Source: an uncultured Gemmatimonadales bacterium (lineage in GTDB: Bacteria > Gemmatimonadota > Gemmatimonadetes > Longimicrobiales > Gaopeijiaceae). From it: a stretch of DNA of 64,000 bases. The stretch spans positions 32,001 through 96,000 of the forward strand of contig CAWGKG010000010.1 of NCBI GenBank assembly GCA_963823035.1. The letters run 5' to 3'. Made by a program: the position numbers and the translations under genes. Positions 1 through 10,290 of this stretch are shown here, in pieces. The notes beneath the pieces were generated by a model, which searched no databases, had not been told where the DNA came from, and worked only from the letters and a program-made list of their open reading frames with translations. Positions within the stretch are counted from its first letter, which is position 1. Each line of letters begins with the position of its first letter.

Positions 1-857
1 TCGGCGAGAGCGGGTCGGGGAAGGAGCTCGTGGCCCGCGACCTCCATGCGCTGCGCGGCCCGGAGGACGCGGCCTTCGTGGCGGTGAACTGCGCGGCGCT
101 GCCGGAGACGTTGGTGGAGAGCGAGCTCTTCGGCCACGAGCGGGGTGCGTTCACGGGAGCGGATCGCACCCGGCGTGGCGCCTTCGAGCAGGCCGAGGGC
201 GGGACCCTCTTCCTCGACGAGGTCGGCGAGCTGCCGCTGGCCGCGCAGGCCAAGCTCCTGCGCGTGCTCGAGAGCCGGGAGCTCACCCGCGTGGGTGGGG
301 AGCGGACGATCCAGGTGGACGCGCGCGTGCTCGCCGCAACGCACCGCGACCTCGAGGGCGACGTGGAGGCGAAGCGCTTCCGGCAGGACCTCCTCTACCG
401 GCTGAACGTGCACGTGCTGCGCGTGCCGCCGCTGCGGGAGCGGCCTTCCGACGTGCCGCTCCTGGTGCAGCACTTCCTGGCCACGGTCTGCGAGCGCTTC
501 GGCATCCCTCCCAAGACGATCGACGAGGGCGCGCTCCGCATCCTCGAGGCGTACGACTGGCGCCGCAACAACGTGCGCGAACTGAGGAACATCGTGGAGC
601 GCCTCGTCCTCGGGGCGGACGACGACGCGGTGCACGCCGAGGACGTTCCGGCCGAGATCCGCGACGACGCGCCCGTCTCCGGGGAAGGGCTCCCCCGCTC
701 CTTCCAGGAGCTGCGGGCGGAGGCGGAGCGGGAGATCGTGCTGGGCGCCCTCCACCGGAACGAGGGTCACGTGACCAACGCCGCCGAGGACCTTGGGCTC
801 GCCGACCACGCCAGCCTGCTCAAGATCATGCGGCGACTGGGGATCCGGCGGGACTGA
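1..857 (+). CDS. Sigma-54-dependent transcriptional activator (AAA+ and HTH), 5'-truncated by the window edge
   Basis: Frame open from base 3: GESGSGKE Walker A, ESELFGH, GAFTGA, FLDEVG Walker B, C-terminal Fis-type HTH. Confidence 0.95.
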   Translation, partial: GESGSGKELVARDLHALRGPEDAAFVAVNCAALPETLVESELFGHERGAFTGADRTRRGAFEQAEGGTLFLDEVGELPLAAQAKLLRVLESRELTRVGGERTIQVDARVLAATHRDLEGDVEAKRFRQDLLYRLNVHVLRVPPLRERPSDVPLLVQHFLATVCERFGIPPKTIDEGALRILEAYDWRRNNVRELRNIVERLVLGADDDAVHAEDVPAEIRDDAPVSGEGLPRSFQELRAEAEREIVLGALHRNEGHVTNAAEDLGLADHASLLKIMRRLGIRRD

Positions 858-863
858 GCGTTT

Positions 864-912
864 GTGTCCATCTGGACACGCCACGCTCCCGTCAGCGTGT
901 CCGAGTGGACAC
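864..912. promoter_or_regulatory. Two GTGTCC-N4-GGACAC palindromes, putative upstream activator sites
   Basis: GTGTCC-ATCT-GGACAC at 864-879 and GTGTCC-GAGT-GGACAC at 897-912, 33 bp apart, about 90-135 bp upstream of a -24/-12 element. Confidence 0.75.
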
Positions 913-1000
913 GTCCCGACGTTCGTCCGCCCCATGTCCCATCTCCGTAAAACGTTGTCGGAATGAAGGTTAGGATAGATCGTACCGCCTTCCTCGACGG

Positions 1001-1015
1001 TGGCCGCCGCTTTGC
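1001..1015 (+). promoter_or_regulatory. Sigma-54 -24/-12 promoter
   Basis: TGGCCGCCGCTTTGC has GG-N10-GC spacing and ends in TTGC. An IHF-like TAAaacgTTG lies near 948-957. Confidence 0.7.
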
Positions 1016-1081
1016 CCTTCTCAAAGGGCGTCGATCTCAATGCAGACGGCGCCCGAGGGCGCCCGAGAGGAGGAGGGAACC

Positions 1082-2080
1082 ATGGCGGCGAAGCATGCGA
1101 TCACGAGCGGCGGGGCGCGGGGGCAGCGATGGGTGACGGCGGCGATGACGGTGCTCGCGCTGGGTGCGGCGGCCTGCGGAGGGGACGAGGGGGCGACGAA
1201 GCAGGCTCAGGCGAAGCAGCCCACCCGGGTGGCCACAACGCCCGCTCCCGTCGTGCGCCCGGCGTCCGACACGGCGGCGCTGCCCCCCGAGCCGGTCGCG
1301 AAGGTGACGCGGGAGGTGACCTACCAGGAGGCCGAGGGCGTCTTCAGGAAGGGCGACTACACGGAAGCCGCCGACCTCTTCGAGGCGTACACGGATCAGA
1401 AGCCGGAGAACGTGTGGGGTCACTACATGCACGGGCTGGCCGCGTGGAAGGCGGGCGATCGGGGCACCGCGGAGCAGGCGCTCGAGCGCGCGGTGGAGCT
1501 CGACCCGGACAACGTGAAGGCGCTCGTGAACCTGGGTCGCGTCCTCCTGGAGGACGGGCGCGCCGACGAGGCGGAGACGCATCTGGAGCACGCCGCGGAC
1601 GTGTCGCCGGACACCGAGGACGTCTGGCGGGTGCTGGCCAACGTGCAGGCGGAGCTGGGCAAGACCGACATGGCGGTGGAGTCGTACCAGATGGCGCTGG
1701 GCCTGAACGGCGAGGACTCCTGGTCGATGAACAACCTCGGCCTGGTCATGATCCGCCTCGGCCACTATGAGGAGGCGCTGGGGCCCCTGGCGCGCGCCGT
1801 CGAGCTCAAGCCCGGCTCCCCGGTCTTCCAGAACAACCTGGGTGTCGCGCTCGAGCGAAGCGGCTACCTGGTGGCGGCCGCGGAGGCGTACCGCTCGGCG
1901 ATGGCGGCGGACAGCTCCTACCACAAGGCCGCGACGAGCCTGGAGCGCGTCGAGCCGCTGGCGGGTCAGTCCCGTCCGGACATCGCCGACCTGACCGCGA
2001 TGGCGCAGGCGTTCGCCGACGAGGTCGCGCTGTGGGGCGACGGGTCGACGGTCGCGCAGAGCCGAGCCCCGGGGATGTGA
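1082..2080 (+). CDS. Tetratricopeptide-repeat lipoprotein
   Basis: RBS GGAGG before ATG 1082, lipobox-like AAAC, several TPR motifs (e.g. ALERAVELDPDNVKALVNLG). Confidence 0.88.
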   Translation: MAAKHAITSGGARGQRWVTAAMTVLALGAAACGGDEGATKQAQAKQPTRVATTPAPVVRPASDTAALPPEPVAKVTREVTYQEAEGVFRKGDYTEAADLFEAYTDQKPENVWGHYMHGLAAWKAGDRGTAEQALERAVELDPDNVKALVNLGRVLLEDGRADEAETHLEHAADVSPDTEDVWRVLANVQAELGKTDMAVESYQMALGLNGEDSWSMNNLGLVMIRLGHYEEALGPLARAVELKPGSPVFQNNLGVALERSGYLVAAAEAYRSAMAADSSYHKAATSLERVEPLAGQSRPDIADLTAMAQAFADEVALWGDGSTVAQSRAPGM

Positions 2081-2115
2081 GCCGGCGTGTGTGACCAGCC
2101 CCCCAGGGTGTGGGG

Positions 2116-2145
2116 CGGCCCCGCGGGCTTCGGCCCGCGGGGCCG
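2116..2145. terminator. 13-bp GC hairpin with C(UUCG)G loop between convergent genes
   Basis: CGGCCCCGCGGGC-TTCG-GCCCGCGGGGCCG. No U tract. Confidence 0.6.
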
Positions 2146-2153
2146 ATGCCGTC

Positions 2154-3029
2154 CTACGAGCCGAGCTTCTCCCGCACGACCCGTCGCACGTAGGCCGCCG
2201 GCGGATTGTGCGCGCGGGCCAGGTCGAACGCCTTCCGGTAGATCTCGTTCGCCTGGTCGTCCATGCCCATGCGCTCGTAGGTCATCGCGAGCAGCGTGTT
2301 CATGAACGGGTCGTTCTGATTGCCCCGCATCGACACGGCCCGCTCCAGCTCCGATCGGGCGGTCTGGAGATCGTTCGTGTAGAGCGCGACGTAGCCGGTC
2401 AGGTAGGGGAAGAAGCGCTCCTGCTGCTCCGCCATCTGCGGGTCGCCGTCCAGCGCCTGACGCGCGGCCGTGACCTGGCGCTTCGCCTCCGCCGCGTCGC
2501 CGCGACGTGCGGCGATGCGACCCAGGGCGTGCGCGAGTCGGTAGTCCCACAGGCTCTTCGGGTGCGTGCGCGGCTCCGGCTCCATCAGCCCCAGGCGGTA
2601 GCCCTCGCGGTACCAGTGGTCGGCCGCGTCGATGTCGCCGGCGTCGATGCAAACGCGCGCCGCCTCGTCCGCCATCTCGCCCTCCTGGTAGAAGGCGTTC
2701 TGCGGATCGACGCTCTCCTGCGTCTTCCAGTATTCGATGACCCTCTGCTCGTATTTCACCGTGTTCGCGCAGTCGCCGTCGAAGGCATAGGACATGGCCA
2801 TGGAGCGCTGCGCGGCGGCCTTCTGTGCCGGATCCGACGCCGTGTCGATGACCGACTGGTAGATCGCCCGGGCCTGCGCGGTCTGACCGTCGCGGTCGAG
2901 CTGCGCGGCCTCCTGCATCGGGCCGGAGCCGCCGCGCTGCGCGGCGAGGGGAGCCGCCATCAGCGTCGTCGCGACGAACGCCATCAGGGCGGGCGTGGGG
3001 CGGCGGAAACGGGTCGGGGCGGTGCTCAT
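2154..3029 (-). CDS. Secreted TPR-like helical protein
   Basis: Real start MSTAPT at 3029 with a GGAG RBS, signal peptide ending PLAA-Q, helical repeats. It is the C-terminal part of the 1073-aa listed ORF. Confidence 0.8.
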   Translation of the reverse strand: MSTAPTRFRRPTPALMAFVATTLMAAPLAAQRGGSGPMQEAAQLDRDGQTAQARAIYQSVIDTASDPAQKAAAQRSMAMSYAFDGDCANTVKYEQRVIEYWKTQESVDPQNAFYQEGEMADEAARVCIDAGDIDAADHWYREGYRLGLMEPEPRTHPKSLWDYRLAHALGRIAARRGDAAEAKRQVTAARQALDGDPQMAEQQERFFPYLTGYVALYTNDLQTARSELERAVSMRGNQNDPFMNTLLAMTYERMGMDDQANEIYRKAFDLARAHNPPAAYVRRVVREKLGS

Positions 3030-3200
3030 CGGATCCTCCTGGTCTGGCGGGCTGGTCGGGTCCGGCGTGGACGCTATGGATAAGCAACCGCGGGCGGGGG
3101 CGGTAGGGCGCGACGAGCTGCGTGGACGCCCGCCGCCGATGGCTCTACGATTCACGCTGTCCGAGACATCACCTCCGAGCCGCGAAGGGATCCCGAGCCC

Positions 3201-5267
3201 TTGACCAACAACCAACGCTTCCGGAAGGAGTGGGTCAGGGCCCGACGGAACGTCGACAAGGCGAGGGGGCGGGTGCGCAGGCTCGGGCGACAGCAGCACC
3301 TCCGCCTGCTCCTCCTCGCAGCGATCGTCGGCGTGGTCGCCGGGCTCGGCGCCGTGGCGGTGCAGGAGTTGATCGGCCTGGTGCAGTGGGTCTTCTGGGG
3401 ATCCGGCGCCGAGGTGCTCGAGTCCGCCGCACGGGCCCCCTTCTGGCGGATCATCCTGATGCCCGCCGCCGGCGGCCTCCTGGTCGGCCCTCTCGTGTGG
3501 TTCTTCGCACGCGACGCCGGAGGACACGGCGTGCCCGAGGTGATCCAGGCCCTCCTGATGCGCGGCGGCCGCATCCGCGGACGCGTCGCGCTGGTGAAGG
3601 GCGTCGCCGCCTCCCTTACCCTCGGCTCCGGCGGGAGCGCCGGACGCGAGGGCCCGATGATCCAGATCGGCGCCTCCCTCGGCTCGGTGATCGCGCAGTG
3701 GGGACGCCTGAGCGAGGAGGGCGTGCGCACGCTGGTGGCCGCCGGGGCGGCCGGAGGTCTGGCCGCCGCCTTCAACGCGCCCATCGCCGGCTCGCTCTTC
3801 GCCCTGGAGGTCGTGCTCGGCGACTTCGCGATCGCCTCCTTCTCGCCCGTGGTCATGGCCGGCGTCTCCGCCACGGCGGTGTCGCGCGCGGTGTACGGCG
3901 ACGCGCAGGTCTTCGACATCCCGGTCTACGCGCTGAACTCCGTGCTCGAGTTCATCCCCTACACGCTGCTTGGCCTCCTGGCGGGGTTCGTGGCCGTGGG
4001 CTTCACCGTCTTCCTCTACGGCCAGGAGAAGGTCTGGGAGCGGGTGGACGCGCCCCCCTGGCTCAAGCCGGCGCTCGGCGGCCTCGTGGTGGGTGGCGTG
4101 GCGCTCGTGTTCCCGGAGGTGCTCGGGATCGGCCACGTGTCGATGGACCGGATGCTCGAAGGGCAGGTGGGGCTCGGCCTCCTCCTCGCGCTCGTGGTCA
4201 TGAAGATCGTCGCGACCTCGCTCACGCTGGGCTCCGGCGGCTCGGGCGGCGTCTTCGTCCCGTCGCTCTTCGTCGGCTCCGCGCTGGGCGGCGCCGTCGG
4301 CACCGCGGTGACGCGTTGGGCGCCCTTCGCGCACGGCGGCCCCGGAGCCTATGCGCTCGTCGGCATGGGCGCGCTCGTGGCCGCGACCTCCCACGCCCCG
4401 CTGACCGGCATCGTCATCATGTTCGAGCTCACGGGGGACTACGAGATCATCCTCCCCGTGATGCTCGCCTGCATCCTCTCCACCGTGGTGGCTTCCTCCC
4501 TCAAGGAGGAGTCGATCTACACGCAGAAGCTCAAGTGGAAGGGCATCACGCTGCGGCAGGGGAGGGAGGAGACGATCCTGCGCCACCTCAGCGTGTCCGC
4601 CGTGCTGCGCCGCGAGTACCGCTCCTTCCCGGAGGACGCGCCGCTTCCCGACGTGCTCGGCGAGGCGCTCGGCAGCACGCAGACGACCTTCCCGCTCGTC
4701 GGGCCCGAGGGAGAGCTGGCCGGCGTGATCCGCGTACAGGACCTGCATCGGGCGCTCGATGACCGGAGCGCGCTCGAGGGCGTGCTCGTGGCGGCCGACC
4801 TCGGGTCGCCGACGAGCGCGCTGGACGCCGAAGACACCGTCGAGGAAGCGCTCGACCTCCTCACCGAAACCGGGGCGGACCTCCTCCCGGTCACGGATGC
4901 GGCCGGGCGGCTCCTGGGCGTCGTGCTCGCCGCGGACGTCATGGAGCGCTACTCGCACGAGCTGCGCAAGCTCCGCCTCGCCTCCACGCTGGCGCAGAAG
5001 CGGAGCTTCTCGATCCAGACCGACGGGATGGAGCTGGGCCAGGGGATGCGCCTCGCGGAGCTGGACGTGCCGGAGGCGCTGCGCGGACACACGCTGCGCG
5101 AGATGGAGTTGAGGGCGCGCCACGGCGTGGAGGTGCTGTACGTCCTCAAGGGGCCGTATCGCATCCGCAAGATGGCCGATCCCGACGTGCGTCTCGAGGC
5201 GGGCGACCGGATGCTGGTGATGGCGGAGGCCTCCGCCCTGCGCGAGTTCCGGGTAGGGACCGGGTAG
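3201..5267 (+). CDS. ClC chloride channel/antiporter with CBS pair and C-terminal TrkA-C (RCK_C) domain
   Basis: GHGVPE, GREGP and GVFVP ClC motifs, CBS pair, and a tail GHTLREMELRARHGVEV...PDVRLEAGDRM. Confidence 0.92.
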   Translation: MTNNQRFRKEWVRARRNVDKARGRVRRLGRQQHLRLLLLAAIVGVVAGLGAVAVQELIGLVQWVFWGSGAEVLESAARAPFWRIILMPAAGGLLVGPLVWFFARDAGGHGVPEVIQALLMRGGRIRGRVALVKGVAASLTLGSGGSAGREGPMIQIGASLGSVIAQWGRLSEEGVRTLVAAGAAGGLAAAFNAPIAGSLFALEVVLGDFAIASFSPVVMAGVSATAVSRAVYGDAQVFDIPVYALNSVLEFIPYTLLGLLAGFVAVGFTVFLYGQEKVWERVDAPPWLKPALGGLVVGGVALVFPEVLGIGHVSMDRMLEGQVGLGLLLALVVMKIVATSLTLGSGGSGGVFVPSLFVGSALGGAVGTAVTRWAPFAHGGPGAYALVGMGALVAATSHAPLTGIVIMFELTGDYEIILPVMLACILSTVVASSLKEESIYTQKLKWKGITLRQGREETILRHLSVSAVLRREYRSFPEDAPLPDVLGEALGSTQTTFPLVGPEGELAGVIRVQDLHRALDDRSALEGVLVAADLGSPTSALDAEDTVEEALDLLTETGADLLPVTDAAGRLLGVVLAADVMERYSHELRKLRLASTLAQKRSFSIQTDGMELGQGMRLAELDVPEALRGHTLREMELRARHGVEVLYVLKGPYRIRKMADPDVRLEAGDRMLVMAEASALREFRVGTG

Positions 5268-5380
5268 CCGGGCGGGAGCCGGAGCGCCGCCGAGGCGCGG
5301 GCGGCGGCGGGCCGCGCCCGTGCGGGCTATACTCCCCGCGAGCCCGACACGCAACGAAGACCCTCCCGAAGACATCCCCG

Positions 5381-7985
5381 ATGCTGAGCGTCCTCGCCCT
5401 CGCCGCCCTCGTGCAGGTTCCGCCCACGCCCGAGCTGTCTCCGGGCACCTCGTACGACCCCGACATCCCGACGGTGGAAGCGGTCACCGGGAGCGCCCTC
5501 ACCGAGCGGATCACGCCGCCCGATGGGGTGATCGCCTACATGGAGGCGCTCGCCGCGGCCGCCCCGGAGCGCACGCGCCTGGTGCGCACGGCGACCACCT
5601 GGGAGGGCCGGCCCACCGTGATGCTCGTGATCGGCAACGCGGAGCGCATGGCCGGGCTGGACCGGGTCAAGGCAGACCTGAAGCGATTGGCCGACCCGCG
5701 CGGCCTGTCCGCGGACGAGCGCGAGCGCCTCGTGCGCGAGCTCCCGGTGGTGGTCGCGATGATCCACGGCGTGCACGGCAACGAGGTCAGCTCGAGCGGC
5801 GCGGCGATGGCGGAGGCGTACCACCTCCTGGCCGCCCGCAACGACGAGCGGGTCGACCGTATCCTCGCGTCGTCGCTGGTCCTGATCGACCCGATGCAGA
5901 ACCCCGACGGGCGCGCGCGCTTCATCTTCCAGAACACGATCGCGGCCGCGGCCTGGCCGGACGCCGACCCCCTCGCCGCCGAGCGCGACGAGCCTTGGCC
6001 GGGCGGGCGCGTCAACCACTACCTCTTCGACCTCAACCGAGACTGGTTCGTCCAGTCACAGCCGGAGACGCAGGGCCGGGTGGAAGCGCTGCTCGACTTC
6101 ATGCCCCACGTGGTGGCCGACCTGCACGAGATGGGCGGGAACTCCACGTACTACTTCCCACCCAATGCCGTTCCCGGCAACACCTGGACGACCGACGACC
6201 AGACGCGCGCTGAACGACCTCTTCGGCGAGGCGATGGCCGGCGCCTTCGATGCGCGCGGCTTCGCGTACTTCAACCGCGACACGTACGACGCCTTCTATC
6301 CCGGGTACGGCGTGTCCTGGCCGATGGCGCAGGGCGCGATCGGCGCCACCTACGAGCAGGCGTCGGCGCGCGGCCTCGTGTTCCAACGCACGGACGGTGA
6401 CCTGCTGACGTACGGCGACGGCATCCTGCACCACTTCACCGCCGCGCTCACGACGATGGACGCGGCGGCCCGCAACCGCGAGCGCATCCTGCGCGCGTTC
6501 CTGGAATTCCGGTCGAGCGCGGTCGACATGGGACGCTCGGGGGCGCGCGAGTACGTCCTCCACTCGGCGCATGATGCGGGGATGGCCGAAAGGCTCGCAC
6601 GCACCCTCGTCGAGAACGGCATCGAGGTCGGCCGCGCCGGGGCGCCGGTGCAGGTGGGAGGCCGGACGCTCCCCGCGAAGGGGACGTTCGTGGTGCCGAT
6701 GGACCAGCCGGCCCACCGGCTCGTACGCAATCTCCTCGACCCGCACACGCCGATGGACTCGGCCTTCGTGGCACGCCAGATCCAGCGGCGCGCCAACCGT
6801 GAGCCGGACCAGATCTACGACGTGACCGCATGGAGCCTCCCGCTCCTGTGGGACGTGGAGATGATCCCGAGCGCCCGCCCGACCGGCGCCGCCACCACGC
6901 CCGTCGGGCCCGAGCCGACGATGGACGGCGGCGCGCTCCCGGCGGCGGAGGTGGGCTACCTGATCCCGTGGGGGACGAACGCCGCGGCCGCGGTGGCCGA
7001 GGCATTGCGCGCCGGCATCCGGGTTCGCTCGGCGGGCGGTGACTTCGACCTCGGCGGCCGCCACTACGGCGTCGGCACCGCGATCGTGCGGGCGTCGGAC
7101 AACGGGCCCGACCTGGCCGCCCGGCTCGGGGAGATCGTGGCGCGGCACGGCGCCGAGGCGGTGCCCATGGACGACTCCTACATACGCGTCGGCACCTCGC
7201 TCGGGAGCGGTCGTACCCGCGCGCTGCACGAGCCGAGCGTCCTGCTCGTGTACGACGCGCCGGCCTCGACCTACTCGGCCGGGTGGGCGCGCTACGTCCT
7301 CGAGCGGCGCTACGGACAGCGGGTCACGGCGATTCGTGCCTCCTCGCTCGGGCGGGCCGTCCTCGCCGACTACGACGTGATCGTCTTTCCGAGCGGCAAC
7401 TTCGCCGGGGTCGTGGGAGAGGGGCTGCGCGACCGACTCCAGGCGTGGATGCGCGACGGCGGCACGGTCGTGACGATGGCCGAGTCGACGCGTTGGGCGA
7501 CCCGGAGCGGTCTGCTGGCCACCACCGCCGAGAGGCGGGGAGGGCGGCCGGAGGGGACGCCGCCCCCGAAGGCGGCCACACCCGAGCAGCCCATCGACTA
7601 CCTCGAGGCCATCGCGCCCGCCGACGAGGAGCCCGAACAGACGCCCGGCGCGATCGTGAAGGTGCTGCTGGACACGGAGCACTGGCTGTCCGCCGGGACG
7701 GACGGAGAGATCGGCGTCCTCGTGGAAGGGTCCCGGATCTTCTCGCCCATCGCGCTCGACCGCGGCACCAACGTCGGACGCTACGCCACCGAGGACGACC
7801 TCGTCCTCGGCGGCATCGTGTGGGAGGCCGCCCGCCCGCAACTCGCCGGCAAGGCGTTCCTGATCCACCAGCCGGTGGGGCGGGGCCAGGTGGTCGCGTT
7901 CGCCGAGGATCCCGACTACCGGGCCTACGCCGAGACGACCGAGCTCCTCTTGATGAACGCGGTGCTCCTGGGCCCTGGTCGGTAG
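5381..7985 (+). CDS. Secreted M14 zinc carboxypeptidase-family protein (frameshift near 6205)
   Basis: HGNE, NPDG, DLNRD and DLHEM motifs in ORF 5381-6400; the protein continues in the 6165-7985 frame. Confidence 0.88.
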
Positions 7986-8015
7986 CGCCCCTCCTCACCG
8001 AGCGATCCTCGAGGC

Positions 8016-8074
8016 GTTCCCGAACGGGCACCATGTTCCTGTTCGGGAACGCTTCGTCGTTCCTGATCGGGAGC
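8016..8074. promoter_or_regulatory. Three GTTCC-N6-GG(A/C)(A/G)C palindromic sites, putative activator sites
   Basis: GTTCCcgaacgGGCAC at 8016, GTTCCtgttcgGGAAC at 8035, GTTCCtgatcgGGAGC at 8059. Confidence 0.65.
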
Positions 8075-8105
8075 AGTTGAGCCTCGCACGGCTGCGATGA
8101 ATTCC

Positions 8106-8132
8106 CTAAGACGTTCTGCCACAACGTCTTAG
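8106..8132. promoter_or_regulatory. Inverted repeat with IHF-like half sites
   Basis: CTAAGACGTT-N7-AACGTCTTAG, which contains CAAcgtcTTA. Confidence 0.5.
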
Positions 8133-8147
8133 CCATATGTTTCTCCC

Positions 8148-8162
8148 TGGCACGCCTCCTGC
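8148..8162 (+). promoter_or_regulatory. Sigma-54 -24/-12 promoter (copy 1)
   Basis: TGGCACGCCTCCTGC: perfect TGGCAC and GG-N10-GC spacing. Confidence 0.8.
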
Positions 8163-8249
8163 CCTATAGCCCCCTCGAAGCGGAGCACTCCCGGTGAGGA
8201 GACCAGCTCCTCGACCGAGAGTGCAGGATCAACCGACAGGGAGCACACC

Positions 8250-8790
8250 ATGAACCGCATCAAGCAGAGCATCGTCTTCTGGAGCCTGGCCACGGCGGGC
8301 CTGTTCGCCGCGGCGCAGAACGTGTCCGCCCAGAGCGCGACCGGAACGGTGAGCGCGACGGCCACCGTGCTGGCGTATCTGGACGTGACGAAGGTGGACG
8401 ACGTGGCGTTCGGGCAGATCAACCCCGGCAGTGGCGCGGCGCTGACGCCGGGCGCGGCGGTGGGTGCGGGTCAGAGCCTGGGCGTGCTGAAGATCGACCA
8501 CAACTCGGACGTGATCGTGTCGGCCTCGGTGCCTACGGCGCTGGCGCTGGCGGGTGCTCCGGACCTTCCGGTGAGCTTCACGTTGCGGGTACTCGGCGTC
8601 GGCGTCGGGCGCGCTGGACGGAGCGCAGTCCGGGTGCAACGCGATGGCGAACCGCACGGGTAACGGTGACGGGTCGACGAAGACGAGCTTCATCCAGATC
8701 GGTGGAGCGATCCTGGCGGCGGACACGGGAAGCCGGATGCCCGGGACGTACACGGGCAGCCTGGTCTTCACGATCACGGCGACGTACTGA
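8250..8790 (+). CDS. Putative major pilus subunit, DUF4402-like, copy 1 (one extra base near 8583)
   Basis: Signal peptide ending VSA-Q and a DVAFGQINPG motif. Removing one base gives ...CGYSASASG...CNA...IQIGGAI...PGTYTGSLVFTITATY-stop, about 179 aa. Confidence 0.8.
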
Positions 8791-8840
8791 GCCGCGACGG
8801 CACACCCCCCCCGACCCTCCCAAACCCGAGGACGACGACC

Positions 8841-9440
8841 ATGATCGCGCGCCGAGCCCAAGCCGAACGGAAGGAGGTTCGGCGCGCGATCGTGGTCTTC
8901 GCCCTCGCCCTCCTCCTCCCGTTCGTGCCGGCGCGCCTCCACGCGCAAGCGGGGGGAGGAACGGTCAACACGACCGCGGAGTTGCTCCCCCCGCCCGTCA
9001 CCGGGACCGGTATGCAGGAGCTGAAGTTCGGCTCCGTCCGGCCCGGTGACGTGGTGGACGTTCCGCCGGGGCCCGCCGCGCCCGGCGCGCCGGTGTCGTC
9101 CGCCGGCTGGCACTTCGGCAACATCCGCAAGGGACACTGGGTGGCGCTCGACCTCACGCTTCCGCCCACCCTGACGCGCGGCGCGTACTCGATCCCGATC
9201 GACTGGAACAACGCCGGCTACGGCCTGCTCTGCGTCGCGGGGAGTTCCGGCGTCTGTCAGATCACCGGGTCGTTCAATCCTGGCGCCATGCCCTTCCTCT
9301 ACTTCCAGCTGTCGAACGCGCTGGCGGGCACCAACTTCGACGTCCGGCTCTTCGCCGGCGCGAAGATCACCGTCCCGGCCGCTCTCCCTCCCGGTGTCTA
9401 CAGCGGCACCGTCGTGGCGTACTTCGCCTACGTGACCTGA
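8841..9440 (+). CDS. Putative minor pilus subunit B, DUF4402-like
   Basis: Signal peptide ending LHA-Q, ELKFGSVRPG, a Cys pair, C-terminal PPGVYSGTVVAYFAY. Confidence 0.75.
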   Translation: MIARRAQAERKEVRRAIVVFALALLLPFVPARLHAQAGGGTVNTTAELLPPPVTGTGMQELKFGSVRPGDVVDVPPGPAAPGAPVSSAGWHFGNIRKGHWVALDLTLPPTLTRGAYSIPIDWNNAGYGLLCVAGSSGVCQITGSFNPGAMPFLYFQLSNALAGTNFDVRLFAGAKITVPAALPPGVYSGTVVAYFAYVT

Positions 9441-9597
9441 CCTCCTCACCGAGCGATCCTCGAGGCGTTCCCGAACGGGCACATGTTCCTGTTCGGGAAC
9501 GCTTCGTCGTTCCTGATCGGGAGCAGTTGAGCTTCGCACGGCTGCGGTGAATTCCCTAAGACGTTCTGCCACAACGTCTTAGCCAGATGTTTCTCCC

Positions 9598-9612
9598 TGG
9601 CACGCCTCCTGC
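9598..9612 (+). promoter_or_regulatory. Sigma-54 -24/-12 promoter (copy 2)
   Basis: Identical to 8148-8162. Confidence 0.78.
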
Positions 9613-9699
9613 CCTATAGCCCCCTCGAAGCGGAGCACTCCCGGTGAGGAGACCAGCTCCTCGACCGAGAGTGCAGGATCAACCGACAGGGAGCACACC

Positions 9700-10240
9700 A
9701 TGAACCGCATCAAGCAGAGCATCGTCTTCTGGAGCCTGGCCACGGCGGGCCTGTTCGCCGCGGCGCAGAACGTGTCCGCCCAGAGCGCGACCGGAACGGT
9801 GAGCGCGACGGCCACCGTGCTGGCGTATCTGGACGTGACGAAGGTGGACGACGTGGCGTTCGGGCAGATCAACCCCGGCAGTGGCGCGGCGCTGACGCCG
9901 GGCGCGGCGGTGGGTGCGGGTCAGAGCCTGGGCGTGCTGAAGATCGACCACAACTCGGACGTGATCGTGTCGGCCTCGGTGCCTACGGCGCTGGCGCTGG
10001 CGGGTGCTCCGGACCTTCCGGTGAGCTTCACGTTGCGGGTACTCGGCGTCGGCGTCGGGCGCGCTGGACGGAGCGCAGTCCGGGTGCAACGCGATGGCGA
10101 ACCGCACGGGTAACGGTGACGGGTCGACGAAGACGAGCTTCATCCAGATCGGTGGAGCGATCCTGGCGGCGGACACGGGAAGCCGGATGCCCGGGACGTA
10201 CACGGGCAGCCTGGTCTTCACGATCACGGCGACGTACTGA
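9700..10240 (+). CDS. Putative major pilus subunit, copy 2 (same frameshift, near 10033)
   Basis: Identical by eye to 8250-8790. Confidence 0.8.
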
Positions 10241-10290
10241 GCCGCGACGGCACACCCCCCCCGACCCTCCCAAACCCGAGGACGACGACC

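Larger units (their letters stand above)
7990..8947 (+). repeat. Direct repeat copy 1 (~958 bp): promoter, major subunit gene and signal-peptide coding sequence
   Basis: Matches 9441-10397 apart from 1 indel and 3 substitutions (compared by eye). Confidence 0.97.

Noticed and set aside
2154..5375. 1073-aa minus-strand ORF, and similar giant overlapping ORFs (31605-34721, 34912-37743, 10859-13837, 25062-27380)
   Set aside because: Shadow frames of real genes in high-GC DNA, rich in Arg/Gly/Ala/Pro and without motifs. Only the last ~291 aa of the first ORF and a short segment of 10859-13837 (the usher N-terminus) are real.
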